Shown: positions 48,522 through 57,658 of the stretch, piece after piece
Position numbering within the stretch: the first letter of the stretch is position 1
Layout: every line of letters begins with the position of its first letter
Assembly: GCA_902520695.1 (NCBI GenBank)
Contig: CABYOT010000006.1
Coordinates: 5,996 to 69,995 of the forward strand
DNA: 64,000 nt
Direction of reading: 5' to 3'
Source: an uncultured Pelagibacteraceae bacterium
GTDB lineage: Bacteria > Pseudomonadota > Alphaproteobacteria > Pelagibacterales > Pelagibacteraceae
The notes under the pieces: model-generated
What the model was told of the DNA's origin: nothing
Database searches by the model: none
Seen by the model: only the letters and a program-made list of their open reading frames with translations
Made by a program: the position numbers and the translations under genes

Positions 48522-49213
48522 CAGTATCCTTTGCTATATTTTATTTCTAATTTATTAATTAATTTCATACTTAAGAAAGTAAGCATTAAGTATAAGACCG
48601 CTGCTACTGAATAAAAAAATAAAGGATCTCTAGTTGAACCGGCGGCAATATAAGATTGCCTCATTATTTCTACTAATCCTGTTACAGAAATTAAAGAAGT
48701 ATCTTTTAAAGTTATTTGCCAAACATTACTTAGGTTAGGAATTGATAGCCTCAACATTTGCGGTAAAATAATTTTGTAAAATTGAATATTTTTTTTAATT
48801 CCCAAAACTTTTGAAGCTTCAAATTGACCTTTATCAATTGATAAAATGGCACCCCTAAAAACTTCAGTAGAATAAGCTCCAGAAATAATCCCAATAGCAA
48901 GAGCACCAGTTATAAATGCATTTATTTCAATATAACCATCATACCCAAAAATTGACGCTACATACATTGCTGCTCCTGTGCCACCAAAAAACAATAAGTA
49001 TATTACTAATAGTTCTGGAACCCCTCTAATAATAGTAGTGTAACAATTTCCAATGATATTAAGTGATTTTTTTTTGGATAGTTTTAAAGGTGTAAATATT
49101 AATGCGAATAAAAATCCTATCGCCATAGCTGCAATAGAAACTGCAATGGTCATTAAAGTTGCTAAAAAGAGTTCATCTCCCCAACCATTATCTCCAAACG
49201 AAAGAAGTTCCAT
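48521..49213 (-). CDS. Polar amino-acid ABC permease (HisQ/OccQ-like)
   Basis: IRGVPELL, AYSTEVFRG, GQFEA, LKDTSLIS. Confidence 0.9.
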   Translation of the reverse strand: MELLSFGDNGWGDELFLATLMTIAVSIAAMAIGFLFALIFTPLKLSKKKSLNIIGNCYTTIIRGVPELLVIYLLFFGGTGAAMYVASIFGYDGYIEINAFITGALAIGIISGAYSTEVFRGAILSIDKGQFEASKVLGIKKNIQFYKIILPQMLRLSIPNLSNVWQITLKDTSLISVTGLVEIMRQSYIAAGSTRDPLFFYSVAAVLYLMLTFLSMKLINKLEIKYSKGY

Positions 49214-49214
49214 A

Positions 49215-49250
49215 TAGATTGGCGACTATATATTATAGTCGCCATATCTA
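49215..49250 (-). other. Intergenic stem-loop after the binding-protein gene (mRNA stabiliser or attenuator)
   Basis: GGCGACTATA/TATAGTCGCC 10-bp stem plus outer TAGAT/ATCTA pairing; no U-tract. Confidence 0.7.
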
Positions 49251-49257
49251 AAATTAA

Positions 49258-50085
49258 TTACATAGATGCATCAAAGCCAAACCATTTGATAGCAATTCTG
49301 CTAATATGGCCATCTTTTCTTGCTTTATCGATAGCTTTGTTAAATGCTTTTAAGAGTTTAGTATCGTCTTTTCTAATACCTACTCCTACACCATTACCAA
49401 ATGCACCGCCTGAAAAAGTTGGTCCCACAAGTACAACAGCTTCGCCAGATTTTTCGGCATAGTCAGTAAATGCAACAGCTGCAGCTAGAGCAACATCGCA
49501 TCTACCATTAGTTAAATCAAGATTAACCTCATCTTGTGTCTTGTAAGTTTTTAAATTTATTTTTCCAACATCTCCGGACTCAAGAAAGTTTTGATGAATT
49601 GTACCAATTTGAGTACAAACTGTTTTTCCTGATAAAGCTGAGGTTAATGTTTTCATTGCTTTATTAACAGCTGATCCACCAAGGTTTAAATTTACAGCAT
49701 CAGGAGTATCTATTCCTTCAAGATCTGAACCTTTCATAACAGCTAAGGATGCGACTTCATCAGCATATCCTTGAGAAAAATTAATTGTTTTCATTCTTTC
49801 CTCAGTAATTGACATTCCAGCCATAATTGCATCAAATTTTTTTGATGTTAAAGCTGGTATCATTCCGTCCCAGTCTTGTTCAACGATTTCACACTGCTGA
49901 CCTATATATCTACAAAGTGTCCATGCAAGTTCTACTTCAAATCCAATAAGTTTTCCTGAAGCATCTTTTGAATTCCAAGGCGGGTAAGCACCTTCAGTTC
50001 CTATCTTAATTTTATCTGCACTAGAAGTGCTGATTAAAAATAATGATAACAGAACTGTTAAAAATATATTTTTTATTACATTCAT
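49258..50085 (-). CDS. Basic amino-acid (Arg/Lys/Orn/octopine family) ABC substrate-binding protein
   Basis: Signal peptide, IGTEGAYPPWN, QDWDGMIPAL, AGMSITEER, GVGVGIRK; GGAGG RBS. Confidence 0.9.
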   Translation of the reverse strand: MNVIKNIFLTVLLSLFLISTSSADKIKIGTEGAYPPWNSKDASGKLIGFEVELAWTLCRYIGQQCEIVEQDWDGMIPALTSKKFDAIMAGMSITEERMKTINFSQGYADEVASLAVMKGSDLEGIDTPDAVNLNLGGSAVNKAMKTLTSALSGKTVCTQIGTIHQNFLESGDVGKINLKTYKTQDEVNLDLTNGRCDVALAAAVAFTDYAEKSGEAVVLVGPTFSGGAFGNGVGVGIRKDDTKLLKAFNKAIDKARKDGHISRIAIKWFGFDASM

Positions 50086-50143
50086 TATTTCCTCCGTTAA
50101 AAAAATAATTATTTCATAATTTTTGAGATTTAAAAAGAAGTTT

Positions 50144-51184
50144 CTAATGATTTATCGATGAAGAAAAATTCCAAGAACAATCAAAACTTGGTATATAAAC
50201 TCTAGATAATTTAGTATTACCAAAGTTTTTATTAAATATATTTAACCAATTTTCTACTTGCTTTGGTTTTTTATCTTGGCTGCCGACCTGAGCTGTGATT
50301 ACACCTTTTGGCTTTAAAATTCTTGCAAGTGAATTCATATTTTTAGCAGCTAAATCAATACAGTATTGGTCATCATTTAAATCTACATATATCTGATCAT
50401 ATGTGTCATCTTTGACTGATTTAATGCTTTCAAAAGCATCTCCCCAAACACATTTTACTGAATTTTTCTCTGTCGCCTTCTCACCTATTTTGCCAAGATG
50501 CTTATCACATACTTCAACTACTTCAGGGTCTAACTCATACCAATCAATAAAACTAAAATTTTTTGATATGCATTCTCTTGCTACACCACCATCTCCACCG
50601 CCTATAATAGCTGCTTTTTCTTTTCTTGAATTTAATTCAAGTCCTGAATTTACAAAAGTAGAGCTATAAAGATATTCATCTTTTTCTGCTACTTGAATTT
50701 CATTATCTATAAACAAAGCTTTTCCAAATTGCTCTAATTCAAGAATCTCAATATGTTGGCCTACCTTTGACTTAAAATTTTCAAAAACATTATTAACTAC
50801 ATATGATTTTTTTAAACCAGGTGAACTATAATTGTCATGATAGAAATCTATTGTATCTCTACTAAATTCTTTTACAATAATTTGTGAATGTTCTATCTCA
50901 TCTTTAATAACATCTAAAGCAACAGAGGGAGAAATTTTCGCACATGTAAAAAAGTCAAAACTTATAATTCCCTTTTCTGGAAATGTATGAAAACTAATAT
51001 GACTTTCGGCCAACAATGCAACTAAAGTAAACCCTTGTGGCTCAAATTTATATTTAGTAATTTCAAGCACTGTAACCTTCGCTATTTTCGCAATTTTATA
51101 AACTAATTTCTCAAAGAAAACAGGATCGTATTCCTTTTTTGTGCCTATTATATCAAGCGTAATATGTTCTCCTACTTTAGTCAT
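50144..51184 (-). CDS. speD-speE: Fused S-adenosylmethionine decarboxylase (pyruvoyl) - spermidine synthase-like aminopropyltransferase
   Basis: N-terminal FEPQGFT..LLAESHISFHTFPE (E/S autocleavage site), DFFTC; C-terminal FGKALFID, IIGGGDGG, YELDPEV, GDAF. Confidence 0.9.
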   Translation of the reverse strand: MTKVGEHITLDIIGTKKEYDPVFFEKLVYKIAKIAKVTVLEITKYKFEPQGFTLVALLAESHISFHTFPEKGIISFDFFTCAKISPSVALDVIKDEIEHSQIIVKEFSRDTIDFYHDNYSSPGLKKSYVVNNVFENFKSKVGQHIEILELEQFGKALFIDNEIQVAEKDEYLYSSTFVNSGLELNSRKEKAAIIGGGDGGVARECISKNFSFIDWYELDPEVVEVCDKHLGKIGEKATEKNSVKCVWGDAFESIKSVKDDTYDQIYVDLNDDQYCIDLAAKNMNSLARILKPKGVITAQVGSQDKKPKQVENWLNIFNKNFGNTKLSRVYIPSFDCSWNFSSSINH

Positions 51185-51269
51185 ATGAATATTTAATAAC
51201 TTTACTAATTTAATTTTTTGCTTCTTTCAAATAAAAAACTACGATAATAATTTATGTGAGGATATTACT

Positions 51270-53303
51270 TTGAAAAATAATTGGTCAAATACAGAAGCTA
51301 AAAAATATATATCAAAATACAAGAAACTGGGTCATTCTAGGGATATGGCGTTGAGAGTTTATACAACTAGATTACTAGGAAGAAATAGTAAATTGGTTTT
51401 ACATGGAGGTGGTAATACCTCTGTTAAAACTACCATAAAAGATTTAGATGGAAAAAACTATGATGTTTTGTGTGTAAAAGGTAGTGGATGGGATATGGCA
51501 GAAATCGAACCAGAAGGTTTGCCAGCTGTAAAACTAAATCCTCTTTTGGCATTAAAGAATAAAAAAAAATTATCAGATGAAGAAATGGTAGCATATCAAA
51601 AAAGGAATTTAATTAACATTAAATCTCCAAATCCGTCAGTTGAAACTTTTCTTCATGCTTTTTTACCATTTAAGTTTGTTGACCATACGCACTCTGATGC
51701 GATTATGAACGTCACTAACAGACCAAATGGTATTACTTTTTGCAAAAAGATATTTGGCAAAAAAGTAAGTATTATTCCTTATGTAATGCCAGGTTATGGA
51801 TTAGCTCAGAGGATTAAAGAGGTTTACTCAAAAAATCCAAATATAAACTGTCTTATTTTACTTAATCATGGAATTTTCACATTCTCTAACGATGCAAAAG
51901 AGTCATATGATCTAATGATCAAATATGTGAGTGATGCTGAAAAGGCTATAAAAAAATTAAAAAGAAAAAAGATCAAACAAATAAAAAATTTAAATACTAA
52001 AATTACTCCTGCTCAAATAGCACCAATACTTCGAGGACTAACTTCTAATGGTACAAATAAGAAATTTATTCTTACTTTTAGAAATAATAAAATATTGAGG
52101 TATTTTATTGATGGAAAAGAGGTGTCAAGATATTCTACTGAAGGAACCGCAACACCAGATCATGTAATAAGAGTTAAACCCTTTCCTTTAATTATAAAAC
52201 CTAAACCTAAATCCTCAATTAGTGAATTTGAAAAAACTGCAAAAAAAGCATTTATAAATTATAGGAAAAAATATTTGCAATATTTTGAACAAAATCAAAA
52301 AAAGGTGAAAGAAAAAAAGACAATGCTAGATACTTCGCCAAGAGTAATATTAGTACAAAATATTGGTATATTTTGTGTAGGTAACAGTCTTAAGGCTGCA
52401 AATATTGCAGTTGATTTGACAGAGACTAACGCAAGAGTAATTTCATCCGTTGAAGAAACCACTAAGTATAAATTTATAACAAAAAAAGATATTTTTGATG
52501 TTGAATATTGGTCTCTGGAACAAGCAAAATTGAAAAAAGAAAAAAAGGAATTAGAAGGAAGTATTGTTGTTATCACTGGTGCTTTTGGAGGAATAGGAAC
52601 AGCAACATATAAATTATTCAAAAAATATGGCGCAGAAGTAATTTTAATAGACAATAATAAAAAAAAGGTTGATGAAATGAGCAAGAAATTAAATGATCTT
52701 TGCATTTATTGCGATGTAACAAATAAAAAAAGTGTTAAAAATGCATTTAATTTAATTTCATCTCAATTTGGGGGGATAGATATTTTAATATCAAATGCGG
52801 GTACTGCTACAGGAGGTTCTATTGCTGAGGTAAGTGATAAAATTTTAAGAAAAAGTTTTGAAGATAACTTCTTTTCTCATCAATACTGTGCTTCTGAAGC
52901 TACAAGAATTATGAAACTTCAGAAAAATGAAGGATGTTTATTATTTAACATTTCCAAACAATCTGTAAACCCAGGTAAAAATTTTGGACCCTACGGTTTG
53001 CCAAAATCTGCATTATTAAATCTTTGTAAACAATATGCTGTTGATTACGGTTCTTACGGGATAAGATCTAATGGAGTGAATGCAGATAGAATTAGAACCG
53101 GACTCCTAAATGATAAAATGATAAAATCAAGAGCTAAAGCTAGAGATGTTACGACAGAAAATTATATGAAAGGTAATTTACTTTTAAATGAAGTTAAAGC
53201 CGAAGATGTAGCAAAAGCATTCTTTCATCTTTCAATTTCAAAAAAAACCACTGGAGCTATTTTAACAGTTGATGGAGGAAATATCGCTGCATCTTTAAGA
53301 TAA
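51270..53303 (+). CDS. Bifunctional class II aldolase - short-chain dehydrogenase (RhaEW/YuxG-like)
   Basis: GGGNTSVK, PSVETFLH, DHTH, LLNHG (Zn sites); TGAFGGIG, NAG, YGLPK, DGGN; GAGGA RBS. Confidence 0.92.
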   Translation: MKNNWSNTEAKKYISKYKKLGHSRDMALRVYTTRLLGRNSKLVLHGGGNTSVKTTIKDLDGKNYDVLCVKGSGWDMAEIEPEGLPAVKLNPLLALKNKKKLSDEEMVAYQKRNLINIKSPNPSVETFLHAFLPFKFVDHTHSDAIMNVTNRPNGITFCKKIFGKKVSIIPYVMPGYGLAQRIKEVYSKNPNINCLILLNHGIFTFSNDAKESYDLMIKYVSDAEKAIKKLKRKKIKQIKNLNTKITPAQIAPILRGLTSNGTNKKFILTFRNNKILRYFIDGKEVSRYSTEGTATPDHVIRVKPFPLIIKPKPKSSISEFEKTAKKAFINYRKKYLQYFEQNQKKVKEKKTMLDTSPRVILVQNIGIFCVGNSLKAANIAVDLTETNARVISSVEETTKYKFITKKDIFDVEYWSLEQAKLKKEKKELEGSIVVITGAFGGIGTATYKLFKKYGAEVILIDNNKKKVDEMSKKLNDLCIYCDVTNKKSVKNAFNLISSQFGGIDILISNAGTATGGSIAEVSDKILRKSFEDNFFSHQYCASEATRIMKLQKNEGCLLFNISKQSVNPGKNFGPYGLPKSALLNLCKQYAVDYGSYGIRSNGVNADRIRTGLLNDKMIKSRAKARDVTTENYMKGNLLLNEVKAEDVAKAFFHLSISKKTTGAILTVDGGNIAASLR

Positions 53304-53306
53304 TTT

Positions 53307-54092
53307 ATGCCTTTTTATCAACCAAATGAATTACCTAAATTAATGGTAGCTCCAAATGGAGCAAGAAAAGTCAAGAAAGATCATCCTGAAGTGCCCTTAA
53401 CCATCCAAGAAACTGTTGAAGTCGCAAAGAATTGTTTTAAAGCAGGAGCTGGTGCAATACATCTGCATGTCAGGAATGAAAAAGGAGAACACGTTCTTGA
53501 TGCAGGTTTGTATAAAGAAGCTTTAAAGGAATTAGAGTTTAAAGTTCCAAAAATGCATATCCAAGTTACAACAGAGGCAGTTGGAAAATATTCTCCAGAG
53601 GATATGAGAAAACTTGCTTATGATGTTACACCGCCTGGAACATCAATTGGTATAGCTGAGATGATACCCTCAAGAAATCCAACTGATGACGATGTTAAGT
53701 TATATAAATATTTGACAGAAGCTGGGACTAAAATACAACATCTTTTATATAATCCAAATGACATAGATTTATTAGTTAATTTATTGAACAAAGCTAAAAT
53801 TAATGTTGAGGGAGCTTGGTGTCTCTTTGTAATTGGACATTACTCAGGTAAAATTAGTTACCCAGAAAACATTCCAATATTTCTAGAAAAAATGAGAGAG
53901 AATAATATTAATTTAGACTGGGCAATATGTGCTTTTGCGAGAGAAGAAATATCCTGTCTAGAAAAAGCAATAAACTTAGGAGGCAAAATAAGAGTTGGAT
54001 TTGAAAATTCTTTGTATATGCCTAATGGTGAGATTGCACCAAATAACCATTCAAAGATAAAAGCAGTAAATGAAATCTTTAATTTAGCTTAA
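53307..54092 (+). CDS. Beta-keto acid cleavage enzyme family (BKACE/DUF849)
   Basis: VAPNGAR, HPEVPLT, HLHVR (HxH Zn site), RVGFEN. Confidence 0.88.
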   Translation: MPFYQPNELPKLMVAPNGARKVKKDHPEVPLTIQETVEVAKNCFKAGAGAIHLHVRNEKGEHVLDAGLYKEALKELEFKVPKMHIQVTTEAVGKYSPEDMRKLAYDVTPPGTSIGIAEMIPSRNPTDDDVKLYKYLTEAGTKIQHLLYNPNDIDLLVNLLNKAKINVEGAWCLFVIGHYSGKISYPENIPIFLEKMRENNINLDWAICAFAREEISCLEKAINLGGKIRVGFENSLYMPNGEIAPNNHSKIKAVNEIFNLA

Positions 54093-55544
54093 AAATGCAG
54101 AATATTTTTTAAAAAGAAAACTAACATCTTTATTTGATCTTGCTGAAGCTAAAATAAATCTATCAGGTCTTACTAAAATAGCTTTTGAATTAATATTTCT
54201 TAAATATTTTGATACATCGCTTAAATTATTTGCTTTAAATATGATGTAATTTTTTGAGTTTTTAGGCTTTATATCTGAAGATAAAATTATCATTCCTTTT
54301 TTTGAAAAATATTCATCTAGGGTTTTATTATTTTTAAGCTTGAATTGAGGAAAAATTTTTCCTCTATTTCTATCCTTTAGGTTACCTAGGCCTTTTCCTA
54401 GTTTAGGTTTAATTGACTGCATACTTTTAATACCTTTTTTATCAGATTTTATATTGTCTGTTATTTGAATAGACTCAACAGCATTTACAAATTCTCCCAT
54501 CCTCATAGTGGTTTCAATATATTCTTTAACATTTAGAGATCTTTCTGATTGATATGTGTTTAAAAGTGTTTCATCAAATTTATGTCTTATACAGTTAGCA
54601 ATTTTCCATGCCAAATTTGAAGCATCTCTAATCCCAGCACACATTCCTTGACCCATAAATGGTGGCATTAAATGAGCGGCATCACCTGCTATAAAAACTC
54701 TACCTTTTCGCCATTTTCTCGCAATAGCAGATTCAAATGTATAAATTGTTTTTCTCTCAATAATTGCCTCACTTTTATTTAGCCAAGGTTTTAGAAAATT
54801 CCAAATATAATTTTCTGATAACACTTTTTTATCACTATGTTTTTCCTTAATTGCAAATTCCCATCTTCTACGTCTGCCAACATTTCTACAATATGTTGCT
54901 GGTTGTTTTGGATTTGAATATTGAATTGTCCTATCTGGTAAATTATTTTTTTTCTTTTTTAAAATTAAATCAACTACTGCCCATTTTTGAGTAAAACCTA
55001 AATTATCCATTTTTGTTTTCATTTGTTTTCTAGTTATAGAGTTGGCGCCATCACAACCAATTACATATTTTGACCTTACGAGATACTCTTTGTGATTATT
55101 TAAATTTAAATAAGTTATATCGACATGATTTTTTGAATTTTTAATTTTTATTACTTCAGAATTTTGTTCTATTGAGACTTTTTTATAATTTTTTAATTTT
55201 TTTCTAAGTTTTTTTTCTAGGTCTGGTTGATGGAATCTATAACTTGGATACCATCCATTTTCTGTAATTTTTTTTGGTCTTGGCCAATCTAATATCACTT
55301 TATCCTTAGAATTAACGAATTTAGTGCCTTTATTAATTATAGTGTGTTTCAAAAATTCTTTTGTAATTCCTATTGTTTGAAATACTCTCATTATTTCGTC
55401 ATCAAAATGAACCGCTCTAGGTAGTGGATAAAAACTTTTTTCTCTATCAAGAATTAATATTGAAAAGTCATGCATTGCCAGAAGGTTTGCTAAAGTTCCT
55501 CCCGCAGGTCCTAATCCTACTATTGTGACATCAAATTTTTTCAT
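54084..55544 (-). CDS. Group A FAD-dependent phenolic monooxygenase (MhpA/OhpB-like)
   Basis: IVGLGPAG, PRAVHFDDE, FHQPDLE, GCDGANS, RWEF, AGDAAHLMPPFMGQGMCAGIRDA.NLAWK, LVRPDRFI. Confidence 0.9.
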   Translation of the reverse strand: MKKFDVTIVGLGPAGGTLANLLAMHDFSILILDREKSFYPLPRAVHFDDEIMRVFQTIGITKEFLKHTIINKGTKFVNSKDKVILDWPRPKKITENGWYPSYRFHQPDLEKKLRKKLKNYKKVSIEQNSEVIKIKNSKNHVDITYLNLNNHKEYLVRSKYVIGCDGANSITRKQMKTKMDNLGFTQKWAVVDLILKKKKNNLPDRTIQYSNPKQPATYCRNVGRRRRWEFAIKEKHSDKKVLSENYIWNFLKPWLNKSEAIIERKTIYTFESAIARKWRKGRVFIAGDAAHLMPPFMGQGMCAGIRDASNLAWKIANCIRHKFDETLLNTYQSERSLNVKEYIETTMRMGEFVNAVESIQITDNIKSDKKGIKSMQSIKPKLGKGLGNLKDRNRGKIFPQFKLKNNKTLDEYFSKKGMIILSSDIKPKNSKNYIIFKANNLSDVSKYLRNINSKAILVRPDRFILASARSNKDVSFLFKKYSAFLS

Positions 55545-55562
55545 TGATATTTTTAAAAATTA

Positions 55563-56531
55563 TTATTTTTTTAATTTTGAATATAACCAAGGACAATCAA
55601 TTAACAATGGAGCTTGTTTTCCTTGAGAAGCAGTTTCGAGTCTTTTATTTCTAAATTTCATTCTCTCATCATCAGGTAAATAAAGTCTCTCGTGCCCCCA
55701 GAAACTTGGCCCCTCAAATGTTTCAATTGGCTCCCATGTATCTGGATTAATAATCCTCCCACCCCATCCATTTTCAATAAAAAATCCTGAGGGTGTAATT
55801 GAGTAAAATGAAGTCATATAATCATTGGTATGCCGTCCCATTGTATATGCAATTGCATCATCCTTGTATTGTAATAAGTCATAACCTTGACCTACATCGT
55901 CTAAGTTATTGTATTCAACCATAAAATGATGGAAACCGGTTCTACCTGAACCAAATAAAGCTAAACTATGATGCCTACCATTAACATGAAAAAAGCATAA
56001 AGATATTGGAGTATGACTATAATCACTTATCTTGAAACCCATAATGTCTCTGTAAAAGGGAATTAAATCGTCGATATTTTTAACATGTACAACTGCATGC
56101 CCCATCCCTAGTGCCCCAGTCTTAAATCCTGAAATTGGTCTACCTGGTTTAAAAGGATCTGTGTCTAACATAGGCTTATACACTAATTCAATACGATTTC
56201 CTTGTGGGTCATTAAAATATATTAAATCCTCAACAAAACGTTTGTCAGCAAAAGAAGTCTTACCATGATTTACTACTATTTTATTTTCTTCTAATTTATT
56301 TGCAAAGGTTTGAAGATCTTCCTTAGTCTCAACTTCCCATCCTAAAAATCCTAATCCATCTCCTTTATCACCTGTTATTGTTAACCTTTGTTTTTGGTCA
56401 TCCATTCTAAAAGATAGAATTTCTTTTCCACGGTCTATCTGTTGCATACCGAGGTATTTTTGAGAATACTCTGACCAATCTTCAAATTTATCTGAATTAA
56501 CTCCAATATAACTTAAAGCTTTCACTGCCAT
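55563..56531 (-). CDS. Type I (VOC) Fe(II) extradiol ring-cleavage dioxygenase (BphC/DntD-like)
   Basis: LSYIG, RMDDQ, DPQGNRIE; metal and catalytic residues GMGH, RHHS, HHFMVE, GRHTND, SFY, TPSGFFIENG. Confidence 0.92.
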   Translation of the reverse strand: MAVKALSYIGVNSDKFEDWSEYSQKYLGMQQIDRGKEILSFRMDDQKQRLTITGDKGDGLGFLGWEVETKEDLQTFANKLEENKIVVNHGKTSFADKRFVEDLIYFNDPQGNRIELVYKPMLDTDPFKPGRPISGFKTGALGMGHAVVHVKNIDDLIPFYRDIMGFKISDYSHTPISLCFFHVNGRHHSLALFGSGRTGFHHFMVEYNNLDDVGQGYDLLQYKDDAIAYTMGRHTNDYMTSFYSITPSGFFIENGWGGRIINPDTWEPIETFEGPSFWGHERLYLPDDERMKFRNKRLETASQGKQAPLLIDCPWLYSKLKK

Positions 56532-56556
56532 TTTATTATTATACTTAATTTTGAAA

Positions 56557-56582
56557 GAGCCCGCTATGAAATTAGCGGGCTC
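56557..56582 (-). terminator. GC-rich stem-loop after the aromatic-cluster dctP
   Basis: GAGCCCGCTA/TAGCGGGCTC 10-bp stem with a 6-nt loop, followed by only TTTC on the minus strand. Confidence 0.7.
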
Positions 56583-56593
56583 GAATTTAATTA

Positions 56594-57607
56594 TTAACCG
56601 TCTATTTTAGAAATTACTTCTCTTGCTCTTTTTAATACAGCATCTCCATCAAGACCTTTGCCTTTCATTTCTGCTAACCAGTCTGATTCGATTGGAGCTA
56701 ATATTTTTTTATATTCAGCTAAAACAGAGTCTGATGCAACAGTTATTTCGTGTCCTGGAGTGTTTTCTACTTGAACTCTCATCTTGGCATTCTGAGTATC
56801 AATTAAATTAGATGCCCAATCGCCAAACCATTGACCTGAATGTTTATCAACACAACCTTTAGCTGCTGAAGAAAGACCGTTATATTTCCCTTCATTCATT
56901 ATTAATCCAAAAGTAGCATTAGTGATGTTAACTTCTGTATGGTATTTAGTAACATCAAATAATCTAAATGAACCAATTGCTGTGTATGGGAAAGGCGTTC
57001 CATCAATAACACCTTTATTTAAGGCTTCTGAAGTTCCTGGTGCTGGTACTTTAACCCCAGTTGCTCCTAAAGTTTTAAGAATAGTTCCAGCTATTTTGCT
57101 TGGAACTCTCATTTTTTTTCCTTTAAAGTCTGCAGGCTTAACTACTTTTGTATCTTTCATATGGATTTGGTATCCAGGATTTGAATGAAGTCCTATTAGC
57201 TTAATTCCTGCCATTTCTTTATCAAGGTAACCTTCTTCAAAAAGAGTATTTAAAGCTCTAGATCCAGCTTTTGAAGTTTTGGTCAAGAATGGCAGTTCTA
57301 CAACTGAACTTAAAGGAAATTGACCACCAATATATCCAAGAACTGTCCAAGATATATCTGCAACTCCTGAAGTTACTATATCGTATTGTTTGGGAGGACT
57401 TCCTAGCACTCCTCCTGCATACATTTTTACGTTTAAAGCACCATTTGAACATTTATTAACTTTATCTGCCCAAGCGGCTAAAATCTTACTTGCTATAAAT
57501 GCTTTTGGTGGTTCAAAAGTTGCTAACTTTAATTCTGTAGCTGATGCTGTACTAATAATGCTTAAGGAAAAAATTCCTATAACAAAACCAATTATTTTTT
57601 TTTTCAT
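56594..57607 (-). CDS. dctP: TRAP substrate-binding protein DctP (candidate aromatic acid/phenolic binding)
   Basis: Signal peptide, YAGGVLG, FPLSSVVELPF, KMRVP, EALNKGVIDG; GAGGGG RBS. Confidence 0.9.
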   Translation of the reverse strand: MKKKIIGFVIGIFSLSIISTASATELKLATFEPPKAFIASKILAAWADKVNKCSNGALNVKMYAGGVLGSPPKQYDIVTSGVADISWTVLGYIGGQFPLSSVVELPFLTKTSKAGSRALNTLFEEGYLDKEMAGIKLIGLHSNPGYQIHMKDTKVVKPADFKGKKMRVPSKIAGTILKTLGATGVKVPAPGTSEALNKGVIDGTPFPYTAIGSFRLFDVTKYHTEVNITNATFGLIMNEGKYNGLSSAAKGCVDKHSGQWFGDWASNLIDTQNAKMRVQVENTPGHEITVASDSVLAEYKKILAPIESDWLAEMKGKGLDGDAVLKRAREVISKIDG

Positions 57608-57658
57608 ATTAATCCCCTCTTAATTATTAAATAATTATTAGAAAGTTTAACTTGAAAA

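Noticed and set aside
51185-51269. Possible SAM riboswitch upstream of speD-speE
   Set aside because: The gap is almost pure A/T with no SAM-II/SAM-V-like pairing or conserved core.
57595-57604. A10 run after the dctP start codon as a phase-variation tract
   Set aside because: It encodes the usual MKKK signal-peptide start, and an equal run occurs at 44819-44828; expected at this AT content.
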